Virus record (IMG/VR): IMGVR_UViG_3300038393_000759
Coordinates: 1 to 49,033 of that record
Strand: one strand, 5' to 3'
Length of the DNA: 49,033 bases
DNA from: a virus
Lineage: Duplodnaviria; Caudoviricetes
A program made the position numbers and the translations under genes. How positions within the stretch are numbered: position 1 is the stretch's first letter; every line of letters starts with the position of its first letter. The notes under the pieces are model-generated. The model was given only the letters and a program-made list of their open reading frames with translations. It was not told the origin of the DNA and did no database searches. Below are positions 7,926 to 16,704 of the stretch, one piece after another.

Positions 7926-9543
7926 GCTTGTTCGCGCGGAACGGGCTCGCAGGGCCGAGCATGCCGCAGCGATCGAAAGCGAACACCGGCTAGAGCTGGA
8001 ACGCAAGGAGCAGCTTGATCGCGCCGCCGAATGCGCCCGTTGTGGCGCCGATGCCGACGGGATCATCTACTGGTTCGATAATTACGTCTGGACGTTCGAC
8101 CCGCGGCTATCGGGAACGAGGAACGCCGACGGGTCGCTGGCGAGCCCCTATCTTCGCTTCGAGCTTTGGCCGCGTCAGCGCGACTTCATCCGCTGGCTGC
8201 ACGAGCGCGTCGAGGCTGGCGAGGAATGGCTGACGGACAAGAGCCGCGACGTCGGCGTGACGTACCTCTGCGCCGGCTACGCGCTCAATCGCTGGCTGTT
8301 CGCGCCTGGCTTCAAGACGACGTTCGGATCGCGCAAGGCCGAATATGTCGACAAGTCCGGACAGCCGGACAGCATCTTCGAGAAGCTGCGCATCATGGCG
8401 CGGAGACTGCCGGAATGGATGCTGCCTTCAGGCTTCCAGTGGGCCAACCACAGCCTGTTCATGCGGCTGATGAACCCGGCCACCGGCGCGATCATCTCCG
8501 GCGAAGGCGGCGAGGACATGGGCCGCGGTGGCCGCTCAAGCCTCTACATCGTCGACGAGGCCGCTTTCGTGCCGAACGCCGAGAGCATCGAGAAGGCGCT
8601 TTCCGGCAACACGGACTGCGTTGGATGGGTCAGCAGCGTCAACGGCATGGGAAACCTGTTCGCTCGCAAGCGACATTCGGTCCTGAAGCAGCATCAGATT
8701 TTCACGCTCCATTGGCGCGACGACCCGCGGAAGGACGAAGAATGGGCGGCCATGAAGAAGGCTGGCTTCTCCGATCCGACCGCATGGGCGAGCGAGTACG
8801 ACATCGACTATTCGGCGTCGCTGGAGGGTGTCTGCATTCCGGCGAAATGGGTCGATGCGGCGAAGCGCGTGGCCAGACTCGATCCGACGGTCATGCCGTC
8901 GAATGCCGGCATCTCGGGCCTGGACGTCGGCGGGGGCAAGGCGAAGAGCGTTCATGTCACGCGCCGCGGGGCTGTGGTCATGCCGCCAGCGTCGCGCGGC
9001 GATCCGGACACGACGGAGACGGCCTATTGGGGCATCGAGCTTTCGGAGGCACATGGCGCGTCGCTGCTCAACTTCGACAGCGTTGGCATCGGTGCCGGCG
9101 TGGCATCGACGCTGCGCAAGGCGGATCCGCGCCGCACGGTGAAGGCTGAGCCGGTGAACGTCGGCGACACACCAACGGACAGGCGTTGGGATGACGGCCG
9201 CACGTCCGAGGAGATGTTCGGCAATCTGAAGGCCGAGCTCTGGTGGCTTGCTCGCATGGCCTTCCAGCGCACTTACCAGCACGTCCTGTTCCTTGAGGGC
9301 CAGGAAGGCGGCAAGCAGCATTCGCCGACCGAAGTGATCTCGCTGCCGTCCGGCGATCCGGAGAGCGACACGCTTTGTTCGCAGCTCTCACTCGTCAGGT
9401 GGTTCAAGAACGAGAAGGGCAAGATCGTCATCGAGAAGAAGGACGAGCTCAAGCGCCGCGGCATCGCATCGCCGGACCATGCCGAGGCGTTCATGCTCAC
9501 GTTCGTCGATCGGCGTTCGCGCTACAGCTTGGAGAATCTGTGA
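7888..9543 (+). CDS. terL: Terminase large subunit
   Basis: KSRDVGVT Walker-A variant, GRGGR, YIVDEAA, SSVNG, GLDVG nuclease motif, C-terminal SPDHAEAF. Confidence 0.9.
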   Translation: MNAYSIDPRQALELVRAERARRAEHAAAIESEHRLELERKEQLDRAAECARCGADADGIIYWFDNYVWTFDPRLSGTRNADGSLASPYLRFELWPRQRDFIRWLHERVEAGEEWLTDKSRDVGVTYLCAGYALNRWLFAPGFKTTFGSRKAEYVDKSGQPDSIFEKLRIMARRLPEWMLPSGFQWANHSLFMRLMNPATGAIISGEGGEDMGRGGRSSLYIVDEAAFVPNAESIEKALSGNTDCVGWVSSVNGMGNLFARKRHSVLKQHQIFTLHWRDDPRKDEEWAAMKKAGFSDPTAWASEYDIDYSASLEGVCIPAKWVDAAKRVARLDPTVMPSNAGISGLDVGGGKAKSVHVTRRGAVVMPPASRGDPDTTETAYWGIELSEAHGASLLNFDSVGIGAGVASTLRKADPRRTVKAEPVNVGDTPTDRRWDDGRTSEEMFGNLKAELWWLARMAFQRTYQHVLFLEGQEGGKQHSPTEVISLPSGDPESDTLCSQLSLVRWFKNEKGKIVIEKKDELKRRGIASPDHAEAFMLTFVDRRSRYSLENL

Positions 9544-9728
9544 TCGCCGCCCGCGCCGACGGTTGGATGCTGACCGCTGACGGGCTTCGCGCTCAGGCGG
9601 CGCAGTACGATGCGCTTGCGGCGATGTCGGCGGCGCACGGCAATCAAGGGCTGGCGCAGGCATGGGCAGAACGCGCGTACCGCCTGAGAGAGCGTGCCGG
9701 CCAGATGGAAGCGGTCACGAAGCACTGA
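9540..9728 (+). CDS. Hypothetical protein (62 aa)
   Basis: GTGA overlap with terL; SD GGAG. Confidence 0.5.
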   Translation: MIAARADGWMLTADGLRAQAAQYDALAAMSAAHGNQGLAQAWAERAYRLRERAGQMEAVTKH

Positions 9729-9730
9729 AC

Positions 9731-9764
9731 GAACCTACAGCGCCAGAGCGTCGGCAAATATCCT
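9731..9764 (+). promoter_or_regulatory. Late promoter module 1 (portal): GAACCTACAGC-N17-TATCCT
   Basis: Exact motif; ATG 10 nt after the -10 hexamer. Confidence 0.85.
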
Positions 9765-9774
9765 TCGCGCTGCA

Positions 9775-11649
9775 ATGGGCGCCGTTCTCAACTTCTTCGA
9801 CCGGCTCGTGAACGTGATGTCGGGCATGGGAACGACGGCCGACAAGCGCGCGGCCGCTTTCTACGCCCTGCAGCCGTTGACGCCGCAGGAAGCGGAAGCC
9901 GCCTATCGCTCGAGCTGGCTGGTCCGCAAGATCATCGACATCCCGCCGTTCGACATGACGCGCGAATGGCGCGATTGGCAGACAGACAGCGATGCCATCC
10001 AGAAGATCGAGGCCGAGGAAAAGCGGCTGCAGATCAAGGCCAAGTGCCAGCGGGCGCTCGTGCTCGCCAGGCTGTTCGGCGGCGGCGCATTGCTGCTCGG
10101 CACTGGCGATGCGAACACGGAAGAGCCGATCCGGCCGGAGGTCATCAAGGCCAATGGCCTGCGCTACGTTCACGTCGTCTCGCGCCATCAGCTGAGCGAG
10201 GGCCAAGCGCGGCTGGATCCAGAAGACGCCTGGTTCATGCAGCCGGACTTCTTCTCGATGACCGGTGCCAACGGGCGGCAGATCAAGCTCCATCCGTCGC
10301 GCGTGGTCGCGTTCGTCGGCCAAAAAGCGCCGGAAGGCAGCATGTGGCCGTCAACCTCGTGGTTTTGGGGCGATCCACTGATGCAATCGATCGGCGAGGC
10401 CGTGAAGAACGCGGACCTCTCGCAGTCCGGCTTCGCATCGCTGATCGACGAAGCAAAGATCGACGTCATCAAGATTCCCGACATGATGAACAACGTCGGC
10501 TCGTCGGAATACGAGAAGCGACTGCTCGATCGGCTCGGCCTTGCCAATCTCGGCAAATCCAACTGGCGGGCGCTCATCCTCGATGGGGCCGAAGAGTGGG
10601 AGCAGAAACAGATCACATGGGCCGGCATGCCCGAGATCATGCTGGCGTTTATGGACGTTGTCGCCGGCGCGGCCGACATTCCGCTGACGCGGCTGCTCGG
10701 CCAATCACCACGCGGGCTGCAATCCACCGGCGACGGCGAAGAGCGCGATTATCACTCGATGGTGAAGGCCCGCCAGTCGGAGCTGCTTAGCCCCGCTCTT
10801 GATCAGATCGACGCGCTCCTGCTGCCATCCGCGCTCGGCGCGGTGCCGTCGGACATCTATTACGAATTCGCGCCGCTCGATAACGTCTCGGAGACGGACG
10901 CGGCCGACATCGAGTTCAAGCTCTCGCAGTCGCTCAAGAATTATTCCGACATGGCGGTCTTTCCCGAAGCCGCTCTGTCGGCGATCGCGAAGAACAGGAT
11001 GATCGAAAGCGGGCGCTGGCCAGGCTCCGAGGCCGCCTTCGAGGAAGCGGCAGCCAATCCCGAGCCCGCTCCGAACGAAAGCGATCTGCTGACGCTTGAG
11101 CAGCGCGTCGCAGCGATGGAGCAAAGCGGGACAATCACGAAGCCGCAGGCCGACGCGATCCTGAAGGACGCGGCGCCGAGGACGCTCTACGTCAGCCGCA
11201 AGCTGCTGAATGCCGACGCGCTGGTCGCATGGGCCAAAGGCCAAGGCTTCGAAACGACAGTTCCGGCCGACCAGATGCATGTGGCGATCTGCTACAGTCG
11301 CGCTCCCGTCGACTGGATGGCGATGGGCCAGGCGTGGGGCGAAGACAGCGAAGGCAGGCTCCGCGTTGCGCCCGGCGGCGCCCGGATGCTCGACGTCTAT
11401 GGCAATCTCAAGCAGGCCATCGTCTTGCTGTTCAACTCGTCCGATCTCTGCTGGCGCCATGAGCAGCTGGAGCAGGCCGGCGCGACCCACGATTACGACG
11501 AATATCAGCCGCACGTCACGATCACCTACGAGGCTCCGGCCGGCTTCGACATGGCGGCCGTCGAGCCCTACCGCGGCGAGCTGATCTTCGGCCCTGAAAT
11601 CTTTGAGGAAGTGAACGAGGACTGGAGCCAGTCGATCGAGGAAGAGTGA
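9775..11649 (+). CDS. DUF1073-type portal protein with C-terminal Acb1-like 2H phosphoesterase domain
   Basis: YRSSWLVRKIIDIP..DMTR, ARLFGG and AGAADIPLTRLLGQSP portal motifs; C-terminal LYVS...HVAICYSR...GATHDYDEYQPHVTITY parallels T4 Acb1/gp57B. Confidence 0.9.
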   Translation: MGAVLNFFDRLVNVMSGMGTTADKRAAAFYALQPLTPQEAEAAYRSSWLVRKIIDIPPFDMTREWRDWQTDSDAIQKIEAEEKRLQIKAKCQRALVLARLFGGGALLLGTGDANTEEPIRPEVIKANGLRYVHVVSRHQLSEGQARLDPEDAWFMQPDFFSMTGANGRQIKLHPSRVVAFVGQKAPEGSMWPSTSWFWGDPLMQSIGEAVKNADLSQSGFASLIDEAKIDVIKIPDMMNNVGSSEYEKRLLDRLGLANLGKSNWRALILDGAEEWEQKQITWAGMPEIMLAFMDVVAGAADIPLTRLLGQSPRGLQSTGDGEERDYHSMVKARQSELLSPALDQIDALLLPSALGAVPSDIYYEFAPLDNVSETDAADIEFKLSQSLKNYSDMAVFPEAALSAIAKNRMIESGRWPGSEAAFEEAAANPEPAPNESDLLTLEQRVAAMEQSGTITKPQADAILKDAAPRTLYVSRKLLNADALVAWAKGQGFETTVPADQMHVAICYSRAPVDWMAMGQAWGEDSEGRLRVAPGGARMLDVYGNLKQAIVLLFNSSDLCWRHEQLEQAGATHDYDEYQPHVTITYEAPAGFDMAAVEPYRGELIFGPEIFEEVNEDWSQSIEEE

Positions 11650-11837
11650 TGGCCGAGCATCGTGAAGTCGACACGCCGGAAGAGATCGCCGAAGTCGTCT
11701 GCCGCGCCTTCCTCAATCGCGTTGTCGACCAGTTCGGCCAGCCACCCTGCGCCCGCGTCACATGGAACGACATGACGATGGCTGAGCGCTTCACCGCCAT
11801 GAGGACAGCGGCGCGCGAGCTCGGCTATTCGGCATGA
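11646..11837 (+). CDS. Hypothetical protein
   Basis: Coupled to both neighbours. Confidence 0.55.
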   Translation: MMAEHREVDTPEEIAEVVCRAFLNRVVDQFGQPPCARVTWNDMTMAERFTAMRTAARELGYSA

Positions 11838-12265
11838 CGACAATCGCTTGCGATGGCCATTGGATGGCGGCCGACGGGCTGCTCGCAACGGAAGCCGGGA
11901 CGATCGCCGAGTTCGATGCCGAGAAGATCGTCCGGCTGAAGGATGGCTCGTTGCTCGGCGTTTCCGGCGATTATCCGGCGCTCCATGCTCTGGCCGCCTT
12001 TCTCAACGGCGAGAAGGAAGAGGTCGAAGCCTGCGGCGATAATTGGGAAGTGCTGCGGCTCATGCCCGACGGTTCGGGCCTCTACTATTGCGACAAGCAC
12101 CCGACGTTCGGCGTGGCGTCATCCTGGCCGGCGGTGATCGGGAGCGGCGGCGATCTTGCGCTCGGCGCCATGCTGGCCGGAGCAACGCCGGAGCAGGCTG
12201 TCGAGATCGCGGCTCAGCGCAACATCGAGACTGGCGGGACGATCCGCTGCGAGAGCATCGGCTGA
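11834..12265 (+). CDS. HslV/proteasome-beta-like Ntn peptidase
   Basis: N-terminal MTTIA, AAD, KI, GVSG, IGSG..LALGAM and TGG pattern. Confidence 0.75.
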   Translation: MTTIACDGHWMAADGLLATEAGTIAEFDAEKIVRLKDGSLLGVSGDYPALHALAAFLNGEKEEVEACGDNWEVLRLMPDGSGLYYCDKHPTFGVASSWPAVIGSGGDLALGAMLAGATPEQAVEIAAQRNIETGGTIRCESIG

Positions 12266-13086
12266 TGCTCAAGTTCAGCCTGGCATCTCGGGTCGCGAAG
12301 CAGCGCCGCTCGCGAAAGCCAATCGTGCTGGCGAAGATCGTGACGACGCAGGCGCAGGCGCAAAACCTCTTCGCCATCTATGTGCGGGTCGTTTCCACGT
12401 GGAACGCCGCGCTCGAGCGGATCAACGCCGCCTACGCGAAGACGCTTTCCGAGATCACGACCGACAGTAGCGACGACATTCGCTCGGCGATGGACGCCGT
12501 TCAGGCCGAGATCCAGCGGCTCGTCCTGCTGCTGACGCCGGACCTGCGGCAATGGGCGTTTGGCGTCGAGCGTGTCCAGCGCGACAAGTTCGTTTCGAGC
12601 GTGCTCTCGGCATCCGATGTCGACCTGAACACGATTCTGACGGCCGGCGACGTGAATGACACGCTCCAGGCGGCGATCGATTGGAACGTATCGCTGATCA
12701 AGGACGTGAGCGACGAGACGCGCCGGCGCATAGCGAATGCGATCTTCGCCGGGCTGACCGCGCGAAAGTCTGCCGCCGACATCGCCACGGAATTGCGTGA
12801 CATCGTCGCCATGAGCCGGACTCGGGCGCTTCGCATCGCTGGCGATCAGACAGTGAAGCTCGGCGAGCGGCTGAACCGCGCTCGGCAGGAGCAGACAGGG
12901 CTGACGCATTTCAAGTGGCGGCATTCGGCCAAGCGCCATCCGCGGCTCTGGCATGAAGCGCGCGACGGCAAGGTCTATCCGTGGGAGGGCTCGGGCATTC
13001 CAGCCGACGACATGCCGGGCGTTCCCCCGATGTGTGGATGCACGGCGCAGGGTGTGATCACCTTCGACGCTGACGCAGAAGCCTGA
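12265..13086 (+). CDS. Minor head protein (Mu gpF/SPP1 gp7-like)
   Basis: RALRIAGDQT..L, FKWRHS....R..H...DGKVYPW, PG...CGC. Confidence 0.85.
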   Translation: MLKFSLASRVAKQRRSRKPIVLAKIVTTQAQAQNLFAIYVRVVSTWNAALERINAAYAKTLSEITTDSSDDIRSAMDAVQAEIQRLVLLLTPDLRQWAFGVERVQRDKFVSSVLSASDVDLNTILTAGDVNDTLQAAIDWNVSLIKDVSDETRRRIANAIFAGLTARKSAADIATELRDIVAMSRTRALRIAGDQTVKLGERLNRARQEQTGLTHFKWRHSAKRHPRLWHEARDGKVYPWEGSGIPADDMPGVPPMCGCTAQGVITFDADAEA

Positions 13087-13087
13087 C

Positions 13088-13121
13088 GAACCTACAGCCG
13101 CCGCGCCCCCGCTCGTAATTT
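13088..13121 (+). promoter_or_regulatory. Late promoter module 2: GAACCTACAGC-N17-TAATTT
   Basis: Exact motif; ATG 13129 lies 7 nt after the -10 (leaderless). Confidence 0.85.
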
Positions 13122-13128
13122 CGGGCGC

Positions 13129-14373
13129 ATGCTCTTCACTGACGCGCTCAGCTTCGATCATCCGCGCAAGACGCAGGACGGCTACATGGTCGTCCGCGCA
13201 AGGGCGGCGAGGGCGGGAATTTACGATTATCTCGGGGCCGAGGTCGATCCGAAAGGCGAGCACGGTTTTGCCGCCGACCAGACGGTGAAGGTCTATCGGC
13301 CGGAGAGCGAAGTCTTCGCCGCCGACAGCGTCGCCAGCTTCCTGATGAAGCCGGTCACGAACGATCATCCGGCCGAGCCGGTCACGGCGGCCAACTGGCG
13401 CGACAATGCCAAGGGCGTCGTCGGCAGGGCACTTCGCGACGGCGAATATCTCGCCTTCGACATCGTCCTCATGGACAAGGGCATCATCGACAGCGTCGAG
13501 TCCGGCAAGCGCGAACTGTCGAACGGCTATGCCTCGATCGTCGATTTCACGCCTGGCGAGACGGAAACCGGCGATGCCTACGACGCCGTCCAGCGCCAAA
13601 TTCGCGGCAACCACGTCGCCGTCGTCGACAGGGGCCGCGCGGGGCCGATGTGCCGCATCAGCGATGCCGCCGCGTGCGACAAATTGCCGGGCGCTGACCT
13701 CATCGCGCTGCTGACCGACGAACGAACCTACAGCGACGATTTCCGCGACGATAAAACAGGCACAATCGACGGACGGCCAAGGCCGACCAAAGACGGAGAC
13801 GCAAAAATGCCGCACACGCTGATCATCGACGGCCTTCAGGTGACGGAAGTCTCCGATCCGGCCAAGGCCGCGATCGAAAAGCTGCAGGCTCAGGCCAGCT
13901 CGCTTCAGGACAAGCTCACCGCTTCCGAGACGAAGGTCGGCGAGCTCACTGCGACGGTTTCCACGAAGGACGGCGAGATCAAGGCGCTCGAGCAGAAGCT
14001 GGAGGACGCCAAGGTGTCGCCGCAGCAGCTCGAGCAGATGGCTCGCGACCGCGCGCTCCTGATCGCGACCGCGAAAGCCGTCGATCCGTCGGTCGTGACC
14101 GATGGCAAGAGCGATGCCGAGATCCGCGAAGCCGTCGTCCGCGCCAAGCTCGGCGATGCCGCGAACGGCATGGATGAAGCCGGCATCGGTGGTGCCTTCA
14201 AGGTGCTGACGAAGGACGTGAAGCCGGCCGAGACGAAGGACGGCCTTCGCGAAGCCATCGGCTCGCAGCCGGTCAGCGTCGACGACGCGCGCGCCGAGTA
14301 CGACAAGGCCGTCGCCGAGAGCCGCAAGAACCTTTCCACCGGCTGGCAGAAGCCCGCCGCGAACGCCGCCTAA
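13129..14373 (+). CDS. DUF2213 head maturation protease/scaffold
   Basis: DGYMVV.A..ARAGIYDY, VYRPESEVF, PVTNDHP, ELSNGY, IRGNHVAVVDRGRAG; coiled-coil C-terminus. Confidence 0.9.
   Translation: MLFTDALSFDHPRKTQDGYMVVRARAARAGIYDYLGAEVDPKGEHGFAADQTVKVYRPESEVFAADSVASFLMKPVTNDHPAEPVTAANWRDNAKGVVGRALRDGEYLAFDIVLMDKGIIDSVESGKRELSNGYASIVDFTPGETETGDAYDAVQRQIRGNHVAVVDRGRAGPMCRISDAAACDKLPGADLIALLTDERTYSDDFRDDKTGTIDGRPRPTKDGDAKMPHTLIIDGLQVTEVSDPAKAAIEKLQAQASSLQDKLTASETKVGELTATVSTKDGEIKALEQKLEDAKVSPQQLEQMARDRALLIATAKAVDPSVVTDGKSDAEIREAVVRAKLGDAANGMDEAGIGGAFKVLTKDVKPAETKDGLREAIGSQPVSVDDARAEYDKAVAESRKNLSTGWQKPAANAA
13724..13757 (+). promoter_or_regulatory. Late promoter module 3, inside the DUF2213 gene: GAACCTACAGC-N17-TAAAAC
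   Basis: Exact motif within the CDS, 50 nt before an SD-preceded in-frame ATG. Confidence 0.75.
13807..14373 (+). CDS. Nested in-frame scaffolding protein (188 aa)
   Basis: GGAGA SD at 13795, in-frame ATG 13807, own promoter module upstream, coiled-coil sequence. Confidence 0.65.
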   Translation: MPHTLIIDGLQVTEVSDPAKAAIEKLQAQASSLQDKLTASETKVGELTATVSTKDGEIKALEQKLEDAKVSPQQLEQMARDRALLIATAKAVDPSVVTDGKSDAEIREAVVRAKLGDAANGMDEAGIGGAFKVLTKDVKPAETKDGLREAIGSQPVSVDDARAEYDKAVAESRKNLSTGWQKPAANAA

Positions 14374-14388
14374 AGGAGTAGAGACGAC

Positions 14389-14847
14389 ATGGCGATCACC
14401 GTTCAGAGCAGCTACTCCACGAGCATCCCCGGCGGTTATGCCGGCATGGTCTACAACGGCGAGGAGTCCAACCGGATCAGCCGTACGATCGAGGATGCCG
14501 CCGGCATCGCGTTCGGCAAGGCCGCTTTCCGCGGCTCCGGCGATCATGGCGTCACGGGGACTCCGGCGGCGGGCACGTTCATGGGCATCGTCATTGCCGA
14601 CGCTGGCCAGGTGCCAGGCGCTGGCGAGACGGCCGACACGATCGCGCAGTACCGCACCGTCGCGCTGCTCAACGAAGGCGTCATTTGGGTGAGCGCGGCA
14701 GTCGCCGTTGCCGACGGCGACGCGGCCTATGTCACAAGTGCTGGCGCGATCACGAACGTCTCGACGTCGAACACGGCAATTCCGGCTAAGTTCGACCTCA
14801 CAACCACGGCTGCGGGTCTTGTCCCGCTCCGCGTCACTCGCTCGTAA
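14389..14847 (+). CDS. Capsid decoration/cement protein
   Basis: Between DUF2213 and the major capsid gene; IAFGKA, EGVIWV...V.DGD.AY; SD AAGGAG. Confidence 0.75.
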   Translation: MAITVQSSYSTSIPGGYAGMVYNGEESNRISRTIEDAAGIAFGKAAFRGSGDHGVTGTPAAGTFMGIVIADAGQVPGAGETADTIAQYRTVALLNEGVIWVSAAVAVADGDAAYVTSAGAITNVSTSNTAIPAKFDLTTTAAGLVPLRVTRS

Positions 14848-14859
14848 GGAGGGCAACAG

Positions 14860-15792
14860 ATGCCGTTCGATGGTCAGATCTTCCGTGACGCGCAGCAAGC
14901 GGCCGGCTTCGTCGTTCCGCAGCTGTATCGGACGCACGCCGCCGTCCTACAGACGAAATATCCGTCGTTCGATTATGCCGGGCTCGTGCCCGTCAATACC
15001 GATGGCGACATGTGGGACATCGGAACGCTCGTCTATTCGGGCGACATCGCCGGCGCCGCCGCGTACATCGCTGGCAAGGGCTTCGACATCCCGAACGCGA
15101 GCGTCAACTTCTCGCAGGGCCAGAGCAATTTCTACCTGGCGGGCGCCGGCTATGAGCTGAGCCTGCAGGAGGTCAATCGCGCGGCTCGCATGGGCGTCAC
15201 GCTCGGCGATCGCAAGGCATCCGCCGCAAGAATGGTGGCCGAGAAGTTCATCTACGACGCCGTGATCCGTGGCTCGACCGAGAAGAACGTCACCGGCCTC
15301 GTCAACAACGCATCCGTTCCGGCGGCCAATGCCACGAACGGCACATGGGGCAGCGCCACTGTCGCGAATATTCTCGCGGACGTTAACCAGGTGCTGAACG
15401 ACGTAATCACGAACAGCAAGGAAACGGCGATGCCGAACGCCCTGCTGCTTCCGACGACCGCGTTCCTGGCGATCAACAACGTCCAGCTGACGAATTCGAG
15501 CGACAGCATCCTGACGTTCGTTCAGAACAACAACAGCTATACGGCGATGACCGGCCAGCGGCTCGACATCCGCGCAAGCCGCGAGCTCGAGACGGCGGGA
15601 GCGTCCAGCACGCGCCGCATGGTCGCCTACGAGAAGTCGCCGGACAACATGGAATTCTTCTTGCCCGGCATGTACGAATTCCTGCCGCCGTTCGCGATCT
15701 CGTCGATGTCGTGGCGCGTCGATGGCATCATGAACGTCGGCCAGCTTGAAATCTACCGCCCGAAGACCGTCGCTTACCGCGACAACATCTAA
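14860..15792 (+). CDS. Major capsid protein (DUF2184-type)
   Basis: 310 aa; position; TGLVN, W......ILADVN, PNALLLP, RRMVAY, EIYRP; SD AAGGAGG. Confidence 0.85.
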   Translation: MPFDGQIFRDAQQAAGFVVPQLYRTHAAVLQTKYPSFDYAGLVPVNTDGDMWDIGTLVYSGDIAGAAAYIAGKGFDIPNASVNFSQGQSNFYLAGAGYELSLQEVNRAARMGVTLGDRKASAARMVAEKFIYDAVIRGSTEKNVTGLVNNASVPAANATNGTWGSATVANILADVNQVLNDVITNSKETAMPNALLLPTTAFLAINNVQLTNSSDSILTFVQNNNSYTAMTGQRLDIRASRELETAGASSTRRMVAYEKSPDNMEFFLPGMYEFLPPFAISSMSWRVDGIMNVGQLEIYRPKTVAYRDNI

Positions 15793-15824
15793 GAGCGCGT
15801 GGGGCGTCTAGGAGAGCGAAGGCA

Positions 15825-16133
15825 ATGACGAAGATCACGAACACTGCGGCAGGCCCGCGCGGCGTCGAGACGGACAGCGGCACGGTCTTTGTCGATCCCG
15901 GCCAGACTGTCGACGTCGACGTCGCGAAGGGCCATCAGCTTTATGACGGCCTCGTCGAAGCATCGAGCGACGACAAGGCGCTGAAGAGCCTGAACAAGGA
16001 CGAGCTGCTCAAGATCGCGGGCGATGCCGGGATTGCGACGATCGGAGAAGGCGACGCCGCCATTGCCGTTGCCGACGCGACGAAGGCGCAGTTGGTCGAT
16101 GCCATCGAAGCGAGCCGCGCAGCGACCGTCTAG
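15825..16133 (+). CDS. Hypothetical head-associated protein
   Basis: SD AGGAG; LNKDELLKIA...ATKAQLVDAI helical motif. Confidence 0.7.
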   Translation: MTKITNTAAGPRGVETDSGTVFVDPGQTVDVDVAKGHQLYDGLVEASSDDKALKSLNKDELLKIAGDAGIATIGEGDAAIAVADATKAQLVDAIEASRAATV

Positions 16134-16158
16134 CCAATTTCCTGCCGTGGGAGTGCCG

Positions 16159-16193
16159 ACGGGCCGTCTGTAACAGGGCGGCCCGTTTGCGTT
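16159..16193 (+). terminator. Probable intrinsic terminator after the capsid block
   Basis: ACGGGCCG...CGGCCCGT stem followed by TTGCGTT; abuts the next promoter module. Confidence 0.55.
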
Positions 16194-16227
16194 GAACCTA
16201 CAGCCATAACCGGGTGGGCCGTATCCT
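16194..16227 (+). promoter_or_regulatory. Late promoter module 4: GAACCTACAGC-N17-TATCCT
   Basis: Exact motif. Confidence 0.85.
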
Positions 16228-16251
16228 CGGCGGCGTGACGGAGGACTGCGG

Positions 16252-16692
16252 ATGTCAAAGGGCGACACATTCGAGAATGACTGGCTGAAGCTGGTCTTCA
16301 ACGCGACCGCGATCGCCAACCTCGCCGACAACGCCGCTACCTCGCCGCTCACCAACCTCTATCTCTCGCTGCACACGGCCGATCCAGGCGAAGCGGGCAG
16401 CCAGACTACGAGCGAGTGCAATTACACCGGCTACGCCCGCCAGGCCGTCGCGCGCACCAGCGGCGGCTTCACGGTCAGCAGCAACAGCGTTTCGCCGGCA
16501 GCCGACGTCGTCTTCCCGAATCCGACGAACGCCACGAACCTGCCGCAGACGGCGACCTATTTCGCGATCGGGACGGCGAGTTCGGGCGCTGGCAAGATCC
16601 TCTATTCGGGTGCGCTCAACCCGACGATATCGATCGCCAACACCGGCATCACGCCGATCGTCGGCGCCGCGACCGCGATCACCGAAGACTAG
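16252..16692 (+). CDS. Virion fibre-base/structural protein
   Basis: LYLSLHTADPGEAG.Q...E..YTGYARQAV motif, typical of phage fibre-associated proteins; SD GGAGG. Confidence 0.7.
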   Translation: MSKGDTFENDWLKLVFNATAIANLADNAATSPLTNLYLSLHTADPGEAGSQTTSECNYTGYARQAVARTSGGFTVSSNSVSPAADVVFPNPTNATNLPQTATYFAIGTASSGAGKILYSGALNPTISIANTGITPIVGAATAITED

Positions 16693-16704
16693 GGGCAAGG
16701 CGCG

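Noticed and set aside
9518-9528. Partial motif CGCGCTACAGC at the end of terL
   Set aside because: No -10 element at the expected distance
9694-9774. Portal start at 9694
   Set aside because: Overlaps the upstream gene and promoter module 1; ATG 9775 is preferred
12214-14937. 907-aa minus-strand ORF (and similar ones at 4692, 23632, 28601, and + strand 41243)
   Set aside because: Antisense shadows of real genes in high-GC DNA, with no recognisable motifs
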